Both the position numbers and the translations under genes were made by a program. Shown in pieces: positions 11,470 through 22,927 of a stretch of 64,000 nucleotides of DNA. The notes beneath the pieces are model-generated. The model was not told where the DNA came from and did no database searches. It worked only from the letters and a program-made list of their open reading frames with translations. This DNA is from an uncultured Nitrososphaerales archaeon (GTDB taxonomy: Archaea > Thermoproteota > Nitrososphaeria > Nitrososphaerales > Nitrososphaeraceae): the NCBI GenBank assembly GCA_963695855.1, contig CAVOHZ010000010.1:1728001-1792000 (forward strand). The letters run 5' to 3'. Within the stretch, counting starts at the first letter, position 1, and each line of letters opens with the position of its first letter.

Positions 11470-13287
11470 TCATTCAAGTTCTTTCTCTTGTTTGCTTACA
11501 TTGCTTAATGGTATGGTAAAATAGAATACTGCTCCACCTCTATGATCTTTATCATTGTTCTCTGCCCATATCTTTCCACCATGAGCTTCAATTATGTTTT
11601 TTGAAATATACAATCCTAATCCTATTCCTTGAAAGGATGTTGTGATAAACTTTGAAAATAACTTTGGAAATATTTCTGAATCTATCCCTTCGCCTGTATC
11701 CCTTACAGTTACCATGGCATATCTTTCATCCATTTTCTCGGCATTAACAAATATCTCTCCTTCTTTAGTAAATTTTATGGCATTACTTATAAGGTTAGAA
11801 ATTACTTGACTAATTCTTTCTTTATCTGCCTCCACGATTAAAGTTTCTTTAGCTGTTTTAGAAAATAACTTGATATTCTGCCTACCGTCATCTTCTATCA
11901 GTGTACAATAGTCATTTACGACGGTTGATAATAGATCATTTAAATTGAAAGGTTCCTTTTCCAAATTTAGTGATTTGCTTTCAATTCTAGTGACATCCAA
12001 TATTTCGCTAGATAGTCTTTGAAGTCTAGTGGCATTTCGTTGTATCCCTTCTATGAACTGTTCTTGTTTTTCAGGATGCATTGACAACAGCTGTGAAAAA
12101 TTTAGAATAGATTGAGTTGGTGTTCTTAATTCATGTGCAGCTACATTGATAAATTCTTTTTGCATCGTATCATTCTTTTGCAAATCTTCATTTGCGCTTA
12201 AAAGTGCTTTATTAGATTCTTCCAGTTGTGCTGTTCTATGCTTTACTTCTTTATCGAGATTCCTGTTCCATTTTACAAGAAATATTATTAGAATAATGAC
12301 TGCCAATGTAAATGCCAAAATTAATGAAAATAGTTTTACTCTTTCTAAAAAAAGAGCCTGTTCTATAGAAGAATAGATTGATTCTATAGGACTTATAACA
12401 AAAACGAAATAGCTAGGTTCTCCTTGTAATAGAATTGGTTGACCAGTGTTCAATCTTTCACCACTTCCAAAATTATATACGGCAAAATCTTCAGATAAAT
12501 TATTTGAGAAGACCTTACGATAATAATCATTTTGAATATCATTAAAATTAAAGAATGATTGAACTTTATCACCAAAAAAATTTTCACCAAATAATTGTGC
12601 CCTAGGAGTAGCAATATAATTTGCATTTCTATCATAAGCCACCAAGAAGCTTGAATTTATATTGTTAATATTTCCATAATGGGCAAAAAAATCCTTGCTA
12701 GGTATCTCAACCCCGATAAGACCAATATACCGACCATCTTCTCTATTTATTATTGGAGCTATTAATGAAATTTTGTATTTATCATCCATTCCCTTGTAAC
12801 CATCAGAAAAGATAGGTTTTAATTTACTTTTTACCTGTTGAACATACTCTCTAAAGGAGATATCTATATTTACAAAGCTTCTTTGCCCCTCTGATACTAT
12901 GTTATAGGTCATTATATCATCACTATCAGCAATAAAAAGTCCATCGACTTTGGTAATGGCAGCAATATCTCTAAATTTCTCATTAAATAATTTTTCAATC
13001 CTCTCTCCATATAATTCGCCTTGTTGTAAATATATAGAATCAGTCAGTCCTTGGAGAATTGACATTATTAATTTTAGATCAGAGCTAATATGTTCCGCCA
13101 TAACTTTAGTGGATTCAATCTGTTCATCTCTTTGTTGTAAAAACATTTCATTCTTTATATTTTCCTCAGCAATCTTTTCCTGATAATAAAACAAACTATA
13201 AGATATGATAATTATCAAAATCATAGAAATAATACTTAATTTACTTTTATTATCGGAAAGAAAACGAAGAGATGAAATTAGTGTCAT
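11470..13287 (-). CDS. membrane sensor histidine kinase with Cache-like extracellular domain
   Basis: two TMs; H-box EFINVAAHELRTP; N-box NLISNAIKF; G-boxes DTGEGI and GIGLGLYI. Confidence 0.95.
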   Translation of the reverse strand: MTLISSLRFLSDNKSKLSIISMILIIIISYSLFYYQEKIAEENIKNEMFLQQRDEQIESTKVMAEHISSDLKLIMSILQGLTDSIYLQQGELYGERIEKLFNEKFRDIAAITKVDGLFIADSDDIMTYNIVSEGQRSFVNIDISFREYVQQVKSKLKPIFSDGYKGMDDKYKISLIAPIINREDGRYIGLIGVEIPSKDFFAHYGNINNINSSFLVAYDRNANYIATPRAQLFGENFFGDKVQSFFNFNDIQNDYYRKVFSNNLSEDFAVYNFGSGERLNTGQPILLQGEPSYFVFVISPIESIYSSIEQALFLERVKLFSLILAFTLAVIILIIFLVKWNRNLDKEVKHRTAQLEESNKALLSANEDLQKNDTMQKEFINVAAHELRTPTQSILNFSQLLSMHPEKQEQFIEGIQRNATRLQRLSSEILDVTRIESKSLNLEKEPFNLNDLLSTVVNDYCTLIEDDGRQNIKLFSKTAKETLIVEADKERISQVISNLISNAIKFTKEGEIFVNAEKMDERYAMVTVRDTGEGIDSEIFPKLFSKFITTSFQGIGLGLYISKNIIEAHGGKIWAENNDKDHRGGAVFYFTIPLSNVSKQEKELE

Positions 13288-14366
13288 TATTTTAATATTT
13301 CAGGTACTACGATTTTTCCGTCAATTATATCTTGTTTTAATTGTTGTATTCTAGTTTTTACATTTTCAGGAACAATCTTATCTAAACTATGGAATGAGGA
13401 TATATAGACAACACCATCACCTGCTGCCCCTTTGTTCATCTCCAAACCAGGTTTAAATATTTGTCCAGAAAAATTTCCATATTGGACCATATTAATAACA
13501 CTATCTAACGATTTTTCCACATCTAAAATAAATGAACTAAGAACATTGTTGGGAGCCAATTTATTTTGATCGGATACCGCTCCAAATACATATATTCCTC
13601 GTGTCTTAGCAGCTTCAATAACTCCATGACCAGATGTGTCTGCTACTTGCAGTAAAAAATCTGCTCCTTTGTTTATTAAATCATTTGCTGACTTTTTCCC
13701 TTTAATTGGATTGTCCCAGTCGTCTAAATAGATATCAAGTACTGTGATATTAGGATCAACATAAGCGGCTCCTCTCTTATAGCCTTCATATATATTTATT
13801 ATATTTGGATATTTTTCTCCACCTATAAAACCAATTACCTTCGTCTTTGACATCATTGCTGCTAATGCTCCTAACAAATATGTTCCTTCTTGCTGCATTG
13901 GAAAAATGGATGCAACATTCGAAGAATTAACTAGACCTGTAAAAACTATAAATTTTGTATCAGGATAGTCTTTGGCAACCTTAATTGTGGGATCCCCCCA
14001 TTCAAATCCATGGGATATAATCAAATCATAATTTTTACTTGCATAATCTCTCAAAGTCATTTCTATATTAGGAATATCAACATTTTCTTTAAAGTTTATT
14101 TCATGACCATATCTTAAATTTAATAATTGTACCGAATTATACCCAAAAGCTGCCCATCCTGCATCACTGAACAAACCGTCGGTTAATAAAGCAATTTTTA
14201 GCTTTGAATCCGAAATATTCGTTGTTACATTTAATGAAGAAATGCTCAATGACTTGGTAATATTATCGGTATCAGTAATGCCATAAACAAAATGAAATAC
14301 TGTAAAAAATCCTATAGATATAACAAGTATCCCTGAAATTAAAACTATGGCAAACCTGTTATACAT
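13287..14366 (-). CDS. BMP/PnrA-family substrate-binding protein
   Basis: SDAGW..FGY, DLIISHGFEW, EGTYLLGALAAMMSKT..IGFIGG, DQNKLAP. Confidence 0.9.
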   Translation of the reverse strand: MYNRFAIVLISGILVISIGFFTVFHFVYGITDTDNITKSLSISSLNVTTNISDSKLKIALLTDGLFSDAGWAAFGYNSVQLLNLRYGHEINFKENVDIPNIEMTLRDYASKNYDLIISHGFEWGDPTIKVAKDYPDTKFIVFTGLVNSSNVASIFPMQQEGTYLLGALAAMMSKTKVIGFIGGEKYPNIINIYEGYKRGAAYVDPNITVLDIYLDDWDNPIKGKKSANDLINKGADFLLQVADTSGHGVIEAAKTRGIYVFGAVSDQNKLAPNNVLSSFILDVEKSLDSVINMVQYGNFSGQIFKPGLEMNKGAAGDGVVYISSFHSLDKIVPENVKTRIQQLKQDIIDGKIVVPEILK

Positions 14367-14734
14367 ATATTATTACTTAGTCAAGCAACAATATTCTTTA
14401 TTAAGATTACAAGTAATTATTAATAGTTAATTTAACAAAGAAATAAGATGAGTCTATTTCATAAAAATTTCATAAAATTATCTTTTATTTTTTTTAACTT
14501 TTAGCTTTTTAAAACATATTGTTTTGCATTTTGAATTCAAAGAACCAGATTTTTATCTTTTATTCTTTTTTCAGCCATTTTGAACTAAAATTGAATATTG
14601 AGCATGAAAAAAATGTAAAAAAGAACCTAAAGTGAGATGTAGTATAGACAGTTTCAGTAGTTATTATATTCTTATTCTTGTCATAAAATATAGTGTTACA
14701 AAATGTCTTTTGTATTGATACTCATAACACAATT

Positions 14735-15025
14735 CTAATTCAAATGTTCAATAGCCTTTTTTAAATCTTCAAATACCATTACTGGATGAAATTCAACTTT
14801 GGCTCCTAAATCCTGAAATAAGGGTTCTGCTATTGATGGTATCATATCAGCACTTTCGATGTTAATGATAAATGCAAAGGTTCTATCACCACCTGCTTCA
14901 AAGAAATATGCTGCTTCTGCCTTCACCTTCTGTATGTAATTCTCAAGTTCTTGTAAGAATTTTGGATTTTTTACCAGCTTGTTGCCTGCTTCTGTTGGTA
15001 TCTGTGCTCTAACTAAAAATCTCAT
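14735..15025 (-). CDS. conserved hypothetical protein (DUF3303/GYD-like)
   Basis: EAAYF..AGG.RT...AEPLF...A.VEFHPVM..EDL. Confidence 0.75.
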   Translation of the reverse strand: MRFLVRAQIPTEAGNKLVKNPKFLQELENYIQKVKAEAAYFFEAGGDRTFAFIINIESADMIPSIAEPLFQDLGAKVEFHPVMVFEDLKKAIEHLN

Positions 15026-15169
15026 ATGTTGTTTCTAATAATATTATGTCTCTTTAAACTTTCTATAGTTAAGTTAACGTAATGAAATGAATTATTAAAT
15101 TTATATGATTATTCCAAAAATTATTAAAAATCTACTTTACGATTATAAATAATAGTTTTGTATAGTAGT

Positions 15170-15430
15170 ACAGATATGTGATTAGTTCTAGCTCTTCTTG
15201 TTCTGTTGAAGAGAGGAGATCATTAAATACAATCTCAAAAAAAATGATGTTGAACTTGGATTAACAAATTATAGATATGGCAATTGTTGCACTAATAAAA
15301 TAGCTAAATCTTGCGAAACCGATTGTTTTACAATGGTTATTATTCAATCATTACTTGAACCTAACGAAACATCTGCTGTGGTGCTAGAAGCATCAAATTG
15401 AGTTGGGACTGGATTGTTACCGTCATCTTG
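15170..15430 (-). pseudogene. remnant of a prealbumin/CnaB-like domain secreted protein
   Basis: - strand reads DGNNPVPTQFDASS..V.LG, compare TGNNPNPSxQF in 28313-29392. Confidence 0.5.
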
Positions 15431-17180
15431 ATAAGAAGTTGATGTTCCTCTCTTCTTAATGTATAATAAGACATAACCCTCAGTTTTATATTGTCAAAGT
15501 ATGATCATGTCAATAGAATTGAAAATAAATAGATATTATTCTAAATGCTTTATTTTGTTTATATCTAGCCAGTCACAGGGTCTATAAATTATAAATAATA
15601 TACACTTTGTTTATATCATTGTAGAACCTTTTTTTACCTAGACTTTGACCTAGACTAAAGTGTATCTAACTATTTTTTACCTCAAGCTTCATGAGATTCG
15701 GTTCAATCTACGATATTGTGATAAAACGCAATTATCCTAACATAAAACTAGAAAAATGCGCAATTAACAGAGAATATGGATAGCCCTAGTGAATGTACAA
15801 ATGCTTGAAGAAAGAAACAAAGAAAGAATGAAAGATTATCAGTCTCTATCCAGAAACACCAGAATACCAGGAATTAAATACAAAGGACATAACAAGTACT
15901 GATATCACATACCACCGCTTTGCTCTTCTATCATATATCTAAACATGGTAAAGACATCAGACCATATGGCTGCAGACATAATTAGAGAAGATAATTATCA
16001 CCAGAAATTCTGAAAGTTATGCTGCAAATATCTCAGATACTTTGATAAAGTAGTAGAGTAGACCAAAATACAGAAAAGCTGGATGTTTTCTAATTTTCTA
16101 TTATCTTAAATAATGTAAAATAAATCTCAAAAATGTAAAATAATGACATTTTTAGCTTTAACGTAATACTATGAAAGTTTGTAGAAAAATCCAGAGTATT
16201 TATGCCACATAGTTTCCAAATATCCAAGTAACTATGATAAGGTGATAGAGGAGGGGGAGCTTTTGGTATATATGTGGTCTTTAATTGGTGTTTTGTGCCC
16301 GATACCACAAAAATGCATTAGATGATATAACAAAAATCGCAAAAACTGAAGACAATGGTAGACCTAGAATTGATTCTCATAATGAAGATAATATAATCTA
16401 GTGATATCGTTCCAAAAGTCAGAGAATGATATTCTAAAGATGTATTCAAGTTGTTGAGCTACTGAAGATAAATGGAAGACCAGTTATCCCAAATAACAAC
16501 TTTATCATACATACAACATCATAACGAGATCACTTTTTTCTATGCATCTTCATGCTCAAGAAACAAAGTCTATGATAACAAGGATTGAAACAAAACAAGC
16601 AGTCAAGCTCTAGCGGAATTCAACTATTATCATTTTTTATTTTACGAATATTGAAAAAACAATGTCTTTTAATAATTGTTTGAAATACTAACATTGAAAA
16701 GCAAACAAGAGTTCAAGTCTATAATCATTAATGAATAAATCCTAAGATCAAATATAATTGTAAATATCAATATAGAATTTTATAATATTTTTAGTTTTTA
16801 GTATAGTTGATAATTCCTGAGTATACCGTGGTTTGTAAGAATATCACTAGAGTAATAAGGTTTTATTGTTATTCTTGTGATTACATGGCTTTTACATTTT
16901 TGCATTCTAGTAGAAGCTCATTAAAAATAAAAAGAATAGTCATCGTTTTTTATGGTCGTTTTCATTGTTGTTATTATTATGATTGGATTTCAAACATAAC
17001 CGGAAATCACTACCCAACGAGGTGGAAAGTTCCAAGTAATCTTATTTGTATTTTACCAAATACCTGAAGGTAAGAGGAATGAAGAAGTTAAGATAAGTTT
17101 GTTCATTAAATCGAAAAAACAAATAACAGTATAAAAAAACGGGCTATTCATATAGTATGAAGACTAATAAAGAGTAAATA

Positions 17181-17450
17181 ATGAAGACAGAATTCAGTTA
17201 TCATTATTTGTCATATTGTTTTTCTGTTTTCTTTCCCTTTTTCTCTATGTTTTTATTATCAGTCCATGGTGAATTTGAACAAGAAGAAGACTATTCAAAC
17301 ATGGACATATACGGAAACATATTTTACAACAATATCGAGGACGAAATCTTGGACATCGAACCTCCTGTTCCAATGAATACCACAGAACTGATAGAAATAG
17401 GAAAGAATATTACAATTATCCACAATCCTTCTAGTGAAAAATATTTTTAA
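17181..17450 (+). CDS. secreted hypothetical protein (probably truncated); paralogue of 45327-45599
   Basis: signal-like N-terminus; gene and about 120 bp upstream duplicated at 45204-45594. Confidence 0.6.
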   Translation: MKTEFSYHYLSYCFSVFFPFFSMFLLSVHGEFEQEEDYSNMDIYGNIFYNNIEDEILDIEPPVPMNTTELIEIGKNITIIHNPSSEKYF

Positions 17451-17487
17451 TATCTATCTGTAGTTAATTGTTACTGTTGGTATACAA

Positions 17488-17675
17488 TGGTGGTAGGTTA
17501 ACAAAATACAATCAGATTCCTAAGAAGGGGGCGGCCGATTTCTATGATTATTGAGTAGGAAACTAACGAAAGGATAAAAAGGAATACACATAGTAGAGAG
17601 ACTTATGACGAAATTTTGATTACATTTTTAGACTATTCTGAGAAATATAACAGTCCAAAATTTCATTATGATTAG
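17488..17675 (+). pseudogene. degenerate small RHH-like DNA-binding protein
   Basis: TYDEILITFLDYSEKYNSPKFHYD resembles the C-terminus of 46153-46362. Confidence 0.5.
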
Positions 17676-18283
17676 TTAATTAATTTAAAGAAAAAAAGAA
17701 AAGTAAAATAATATTAAAATTTACAAATTGGTGACTTTGTTGAAATTAAAAAAAAAGAATGGCAAAATTGTAATAGAGAAAATGAAAAATGAAAAATAAT
17801 ATTGTTGATTCAACTATTACAAACGAGATCTCATACTATAACTGTGGATGTTCTATTCTAATGAATTTGACAAGCATTTATTAGAGGTAGAACATGCACT
17901 GCTAAATCTATTTCCTTAAATTAACACAGTCTTTAAAACACTAAAATGCTCCAATTGTATCTCCATCTCAAACTATAAAGAATTCTCTACTCTATTTTAG
18001 GCTCTGTTAAGTTAAGGAAAATTTATGAAATAAATTGAAAAATTCTTTTGAAATTGAGCATAGAACATAATATAAAAGTAGAATATACACATTACTTTAT
18101 CCTTAAGTTAACATCTATGAAAATCTCTATCTGTATCAGGTCATCCTTATGTTCCTGTTAAGCGTAATATTCTATTATAATTCATCATATTAAAAATTAT
18201 CTAAAATAGCATATGCTATACTTGTTACTTTCCCTTGATTTTGCTTTTTTTCATTCTTTTTTTATTTTATTTTCTTTTTTTTA

Positions 18284-18500
18284 TGTCGGCTAACAGGCGG
18301 CAAACATCTATTCACCTTCTTTATGAGGTAGTAGTATAGCCGCTCGGATATTGGTTCAGTCAGAGCCTCACTCTCGTACGGAGTATGTTAACTTTGAACC
18401 TAGCCTGAATACAGAAGGGATTGGTACCCAATAAAGATTTTCATATAGTCAGGGCCCTATTTTAGGTGGTACCAAGTAGTTTGAAACTGGTGATCCATGA
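18284..18500. ncRNA. candidate structured RNA (GC-richer island with three consecutive stem-loops)
   Basis: GGCGGC..GCCGCT, GGTTCA..TGAACC (inner ACTC/GAGT) and TTGGTACC..GGTACCAA stems; no ORF of 60 aa or more. Confidence 0.35.
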
Positions 18501-18769
18501 TGATGAATTATTAACCATCTTTTCTGGTTATTATCATATTCATATATGTTCGTTGCAACTACACCAGATCATCAATAGGACATAACAACCTCAATATATT
18601 ATGAACATTATCGCCTAATACCATTTTATATATAGGCGATGCCAATAACGCCAAATCAATCAAGACAAAAATTTTTTATTATTTATCTTGTTGTGATTAG
18701 TAGCATTATCGCTAGAGTAATAGACTAAATTAACTAGTTTAAATATGTTAAAAAATTTAGGGTTATGAT

Positions 18770-19377
18770 GATGATTGTAGTTCAATTATCCCCAAATCTG
18801 AGAGGCATTGTAGTATAGTTTGTTGAGTCTCAAGAGATATATCTGCGAATGTTAGTGTAGTCTCAAAACCTTCTAATTTATCCTCATTTGGAATGGCAGG
18901 ATTGCTTAGTTGTTCACAAAACTGTCCAACTGTTGTTCCCTCGTTGTCAACTGTTGTTCCCTCGTTGTCAGAAAGTTTAGAAAGAGCATCCTTTAGGGCT
19001 TGTGTTTGTTCATTTATATTGACACTTACATATATTTACCAGATTCTTGTCCAAGTTTATTCTATCTCCTAAACCGTTGCCATTTACACTGTCAGGACTA
19101 TCTTCAGTTCTCTCTAGTTCATTTGCTGCTATGTCATCCTGTGGAGTCTCAGTAATATCTATACCATTGACATTTACGTTCTTATTCAAACAACTAATTT
19201 CTGTATATTTACATCAGATGATTTTGAATCAGGGTATGTCTTATAATGATCATTTCCATAATGAAAATCGTATATTTTTGCCTGTGCATTTGTAGTTAGT
19301 GATGCGTTAATAATCAATAGACTTCCGGTGAATATTGTTACTGATAAAGGCCCTTAAACTAGTTTATTATTGATCAT
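18770..19377 (-). pseudogene. decayed member of the secreted 'CVNSNINVNG' paralogue family
   Basis: C.NKNVNVNGIDITETP, NGNGLGDRINLDKNLVNICV and QFCEQL remnants with stops and frameshifts. Confidence 0.75.
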
Positions 19378-19500
19378 GGGTTCTATAATTCTATTAAGAT
19401 ATTTCTGACGTTTCGAGAATTATTATTTGAAAATTTCGAATTTCAAACTTCAGAAATAATGATAGTACAAAGAATAGCGATTGATGTTAAGGTAGAAAGT
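19378..19500. repeat. diverged copy of the conserved upstream repeat (R1)
   Basis: AGAATAGCGATTGATGTTAAGGTAGAAAGT matches the other copies. Confidence 0.7.
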
Positions 19501-19550
19501 ATTTACTCATATAGATAAAGATTAAAATAAAAAATAAAAAAATTTGAACT

Positions 19551-19994
19551 TCAGAACATTACAATATGACCTGACTCATTACTTAATGTTATTCCTGGAT
19601 AGTCTATCACGGATCCATTTGGTACAGGAGTAAGAAATTCATCTGAGGCATCAAATACCTCTACATTTGCAGTAGTAATTGTCCATCGTGAATTTGTAGT
19701 TGATTCCCTGCGAAGATATATTTTATGCCTATTTACTTTCTCGATTGGGCTACCTCCTGACATATGCTGTCCACTTCTTGGGTCATTTAATTCCGGATCT
19801 TCAACATTGCTATTACTTCCAAATCTTAACTCTTGTTTTTTATTTTTTTCATGAAAGGGATTTTCAGCATGATCACCTTGTCTTCTACACCTAAATTCCC
19901 TACCTCCAATGCCAAGAAATACTCGCTCATTACTATCTATATCTTCATCTCCTGTCGTTACGGTAAGAATTATGTGATCTACCAAAGCTACCAT
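19551..19994 (-). CDS. hypothetical beta-rich protein (possibly PLAT-like)
   Basis: LTVTTGD...VFLGIGGREF...NPF. Confidence 0.6.
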   Translation of the reverse strand: MVALVDHIILTVTTGDEDIDSNERVFLGIGGREFRCRRQGDHAENPFHEKNKKQELRFGSNSNVEDPELNDPRSGQHMSGGSPIEKVNRHKIYLRRESTTNSRWTITTANVEVFDASDEFLTPVPNGSVIDYPGITLSNESGHIVMF

Positions 19995-20382
19995 TATTAT
20001 TATATATTTATTATAAGGTTTTTAAATATGATCTTTTAGGTATAAATTAAACTCTTAAATTATATCACATGAAAATTTTTTGATGTCGAAGTTAAAAAAA
20101 CAACTAGATAATAGTAAAAATAATTATCCTAATTTTAATTTTAATTCTTTAGATGAAAATGCTATCTTGAATCTACTAAAATATGATTCTGTTATATCTT
20201 TTGATGATCTAGTTTCGAAATTAAATATAAACAATCCCAGATTATAATTGATACTCTTACAAAATTAATTGAAGATGAAATTATACTACTAAAACAGGAA
20301 GACGATACGTTGTATTTTAGTCTTAAATATAAATAGAAAAATATTATTTTAGAGATAAATTGGATATAAAATACCATTTTTG

Positions 20383-21043
20383 TCATTTAATTATTTTGAA
20401 TTCATCTAAAACTTCTCCGTCATTGGAATAGTATTTACCTATTAACGTATTTCCGTTATAATCTACATCGACGTTTAAAAATCCATAGCTGGAATCTTGC
20501 TGGTATACGATATAAGGTTCCTCGTTGGTAAAAGGATCAAAATTAACTCCACCAGTTCCTACAATAATTTGAAACATTCCTTTATGGGGTGTGTATTCAG
20601 TTTTGCCGTTATCGTTAATAATTGGTTGTGATTGATGGATTTATTTTATTATAAGATAGAGGATATGTTCTTTGATAATTATGGGCATGACCACTAAACA
20701 GTATATCTACACCATATTTTTCAAATAGTGGATGGTATGTATCTCTCAATTTTTTTATTGGATCACAAGAGTCATGATCTCCGCAGAGTGAAGAATATTG
20801 TTGTCTATAAGTCATAACAATAATACACTTTATATCCGGATTTTTTGACGCCTGTGACAGATCTTTATCAACATATTCATATTGTTCTGTTTCTTCAACA
20901 TCTGAGAAACGATCTTCATCACCAACACTGTATGTAGATTTAGAAGACATCATTAGAAAATGGATATTTTTGTAATCAAATGAGTAATATGGATCGGATA
21001 ATCCAAAGTTTTCCATATATTGATTGAAAATGGTTGGCGTCAT
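20383..21043 (-). pseudogene. metallophosphoesterase (purple acid phosphatase-like), truncated and frameshifted
   Basis: YYSFDY..IHF, YHPLFEKYGVD..FSGHAHNYQR, IIVGTGG, YGFL split over two ORFs. Confidence 0.85.
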
Positions 21044-21233
21044 ATAATCATGATATACTCATGTTATCTATACCGGCTTGTAAATACTCTATATATAAAT
21101 TTTTTAATATTTAATAATGTTATATAATAATAGTATATTAAATAAAAATATTCTATATATAAAATTTATTTAAGCAGTATTTAGACTTCTTTTGTGAAAC
21201 TTTAATGTGTTCATAAACTATCTACGAATTGAA

Positions 21234-21256
21234 CGCCGGGGAGTGGACCTCGAACC
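21234..21256 (-). other. degenerate tRNA 3'-half fragment (att-like scar)
   Basis: CGCCGGGGAGTGGACCTCGAACC resembles 45056. Confidence 0.55.
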
Positions 21257-21528
21257 TTCGTTCATCAGATGTAGATTCTACTTTCGAATATTAAAATATT
21301 CCTTTAATTAAAAGATTATAGTTAGATATACCCAATCATACACACCTTTTTATTAGAATAATTTTTTTATCTTATCGGAGTCTTTTATAGAAGAGTTACA
21401 TTATTTTTGCAATCTCGCTAGTATTCATAATGTTATATTTTAGTTATTAGTCTTTAGTCACCGAAATAACCATAAAAATACTTTATTATTAGTTAATTAT
21501 ATTAATTATTCTTGTTAGTAAAAGTAGT

Positions 21529-21590
21529 CATCTAGACATCATCTTATTATTAACATCTAGACATCATCTTATTATTAACATCATTAACAT
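21529..21590. repeat. 25-bp tandem duplication CATCTAGACATCATCTTATTATTAA
   Basis: two copies plus partial units upstream of the MEDS gene. Confidence 0.7.
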
Positions 21591-21667
21591 CATTAATAAT
21601 TGATTTCTATAAAAATATATCAAAATTTGTGTAAAATCATCTAAATAAACTATAATAAGATTAAATA

Positions 21668-22927
21668 ATGTATTGTATAAAAGTCATTATTATCACTTTG
21701 TGCCCAATAACTCAGATTCAAGACAAAAGTCATATTTTAGGAATCTATTCTTCACCACAGAGAAAAATAGAAGATGGTTTAGAATATCTTAGAATTGGAT
21801 TTGAGGAAAAAAATGAAGCAATATTAATGATTACTAATGAACTAACTAAAAATGAACTTAGAAATGAAATAATAAAAAGATGGAAGATTTCTCCAAATAA
21901 ATTGGCAGACCTAGAAAAAAATTCCATTATAAACATCAAAAGTTCTACAGAAGTCTATTTTTCGACTAATAGAATAGATCGTGACAAGATTGGCAAACAG
22001 TTTTCTGATCTAACAAATAAAGCAATACAGAAACGAAAAAGAGGTCTAAGGGCATTTGGAGATGTCAAAATCTTTTTTGAAAGAGGATATGAAAAATATA
22101 TTATTGAATTTGAAAAATCATTTCCACCTTCATTTGATTTTCCAATGACGTCTATTTGTGCTTATGATTTAGATGATTTTGAAAAGTTAGATCATCGATC
22201 TAGAAAAATACTTTTTGATCATCACAACCTACATCTTACAAATAATCTATTTCGAAATATATTTGATGATTCATTTTCTCTTAGTCTGACTGAACATATT
22301 TGTATGTATTATGAGAACGAATTACAATCTCCTTCTTTTTCTGATTCTTTTGTAACTAGTCTATCACGATATCTTGGTGAAGGATTACTACACGATCAAT
22401 TATGTATTTATCTTTCTATGCATAATATGAAAAAAGATCATCCAAAAACAATACTATCACAACTTGCTAATCTAAAAAAGTCTCCAATAAAAAAAAAATT
22501 TATCGTAATTAAAAATAGTGATGATTATTACATCAATGCAGTACGTAACAATCTAAAACCATTTGAAGATTTAAAAAAAGAAATTTTTGAGAAAGCAATA
22601 GTAGGCAATAAAAAAGATATTAGAATAGTATGTGATATTCCAAATTTTCTATTTAGATATAAACATTTTGATCAGTGTATTGCTCTAGAAGAATGGTGGG
22701 ATCAAACAATAGAAGAATTGAATAAAAATCATGGATTAAATGTATCGTTATTATGTCTATATGATAGTAATAATTTTAAAAATATTCCTTTTAAATATCA
22801 TAGATATAGAATAAATGATATTCATAGTATTGTTTGTGATTCGGAGGGAATAGTACACTCAAAATATTCAAAATTTGATTCACTAACAAATAAGATGAAA
22901 AGTGAGAAAGGAGGAGAAGGAAGATAA
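21668..22927 (+). CDS. tandem MEDS-domain sensory protein
   Basis: two MEDS-like repeats (H...Y...G...; GLRAFGD...ICAYD; IRIVCD...LLCLYD...H). Confidence 0.8.
   Translation: MYCIKVIIITLCPITQIQDKSHILGIYSSPQRKIEDGLEYLRIGFEEKNEAILMITNELTKNELRNEIIKRWKISPNKLADLEKNSIINIKSSTEVYFSTNRIDRDKIGKQFSDLTNKAIQKRKRGLRAFGDVKIFFERGYEKYIIEFEKSFPPSFDFPMTSICAYDLDDFEKLDHRSRKILFDHHNLHLTNNLFRNIFDDSFSLSLTEHICMYYENELQSPSFSDSFVTSLSRYLGEGLLHDQLCIYLSMHNMKKDHPKTILSQLANLKKSPIKKKFIVIKNSDDYYINAVRNNLKPFEDLKKEIFEKAIVGNKKDIRIVCDIPNFLFRYKHFDQCIALEEWWDQTIEELNKNHGLNVSLLCLYDSNNFKNIPFKYHRYRINDIHSIVCDSEGIVHSKYSKFDSLTNKMKSEKGGEGR

Noticed and set aside
15630-16630. Possible degenerate transposase or enzyme remnants
   Set aside because: Coding-like composition, but no motif or terminal repeat that I can support.
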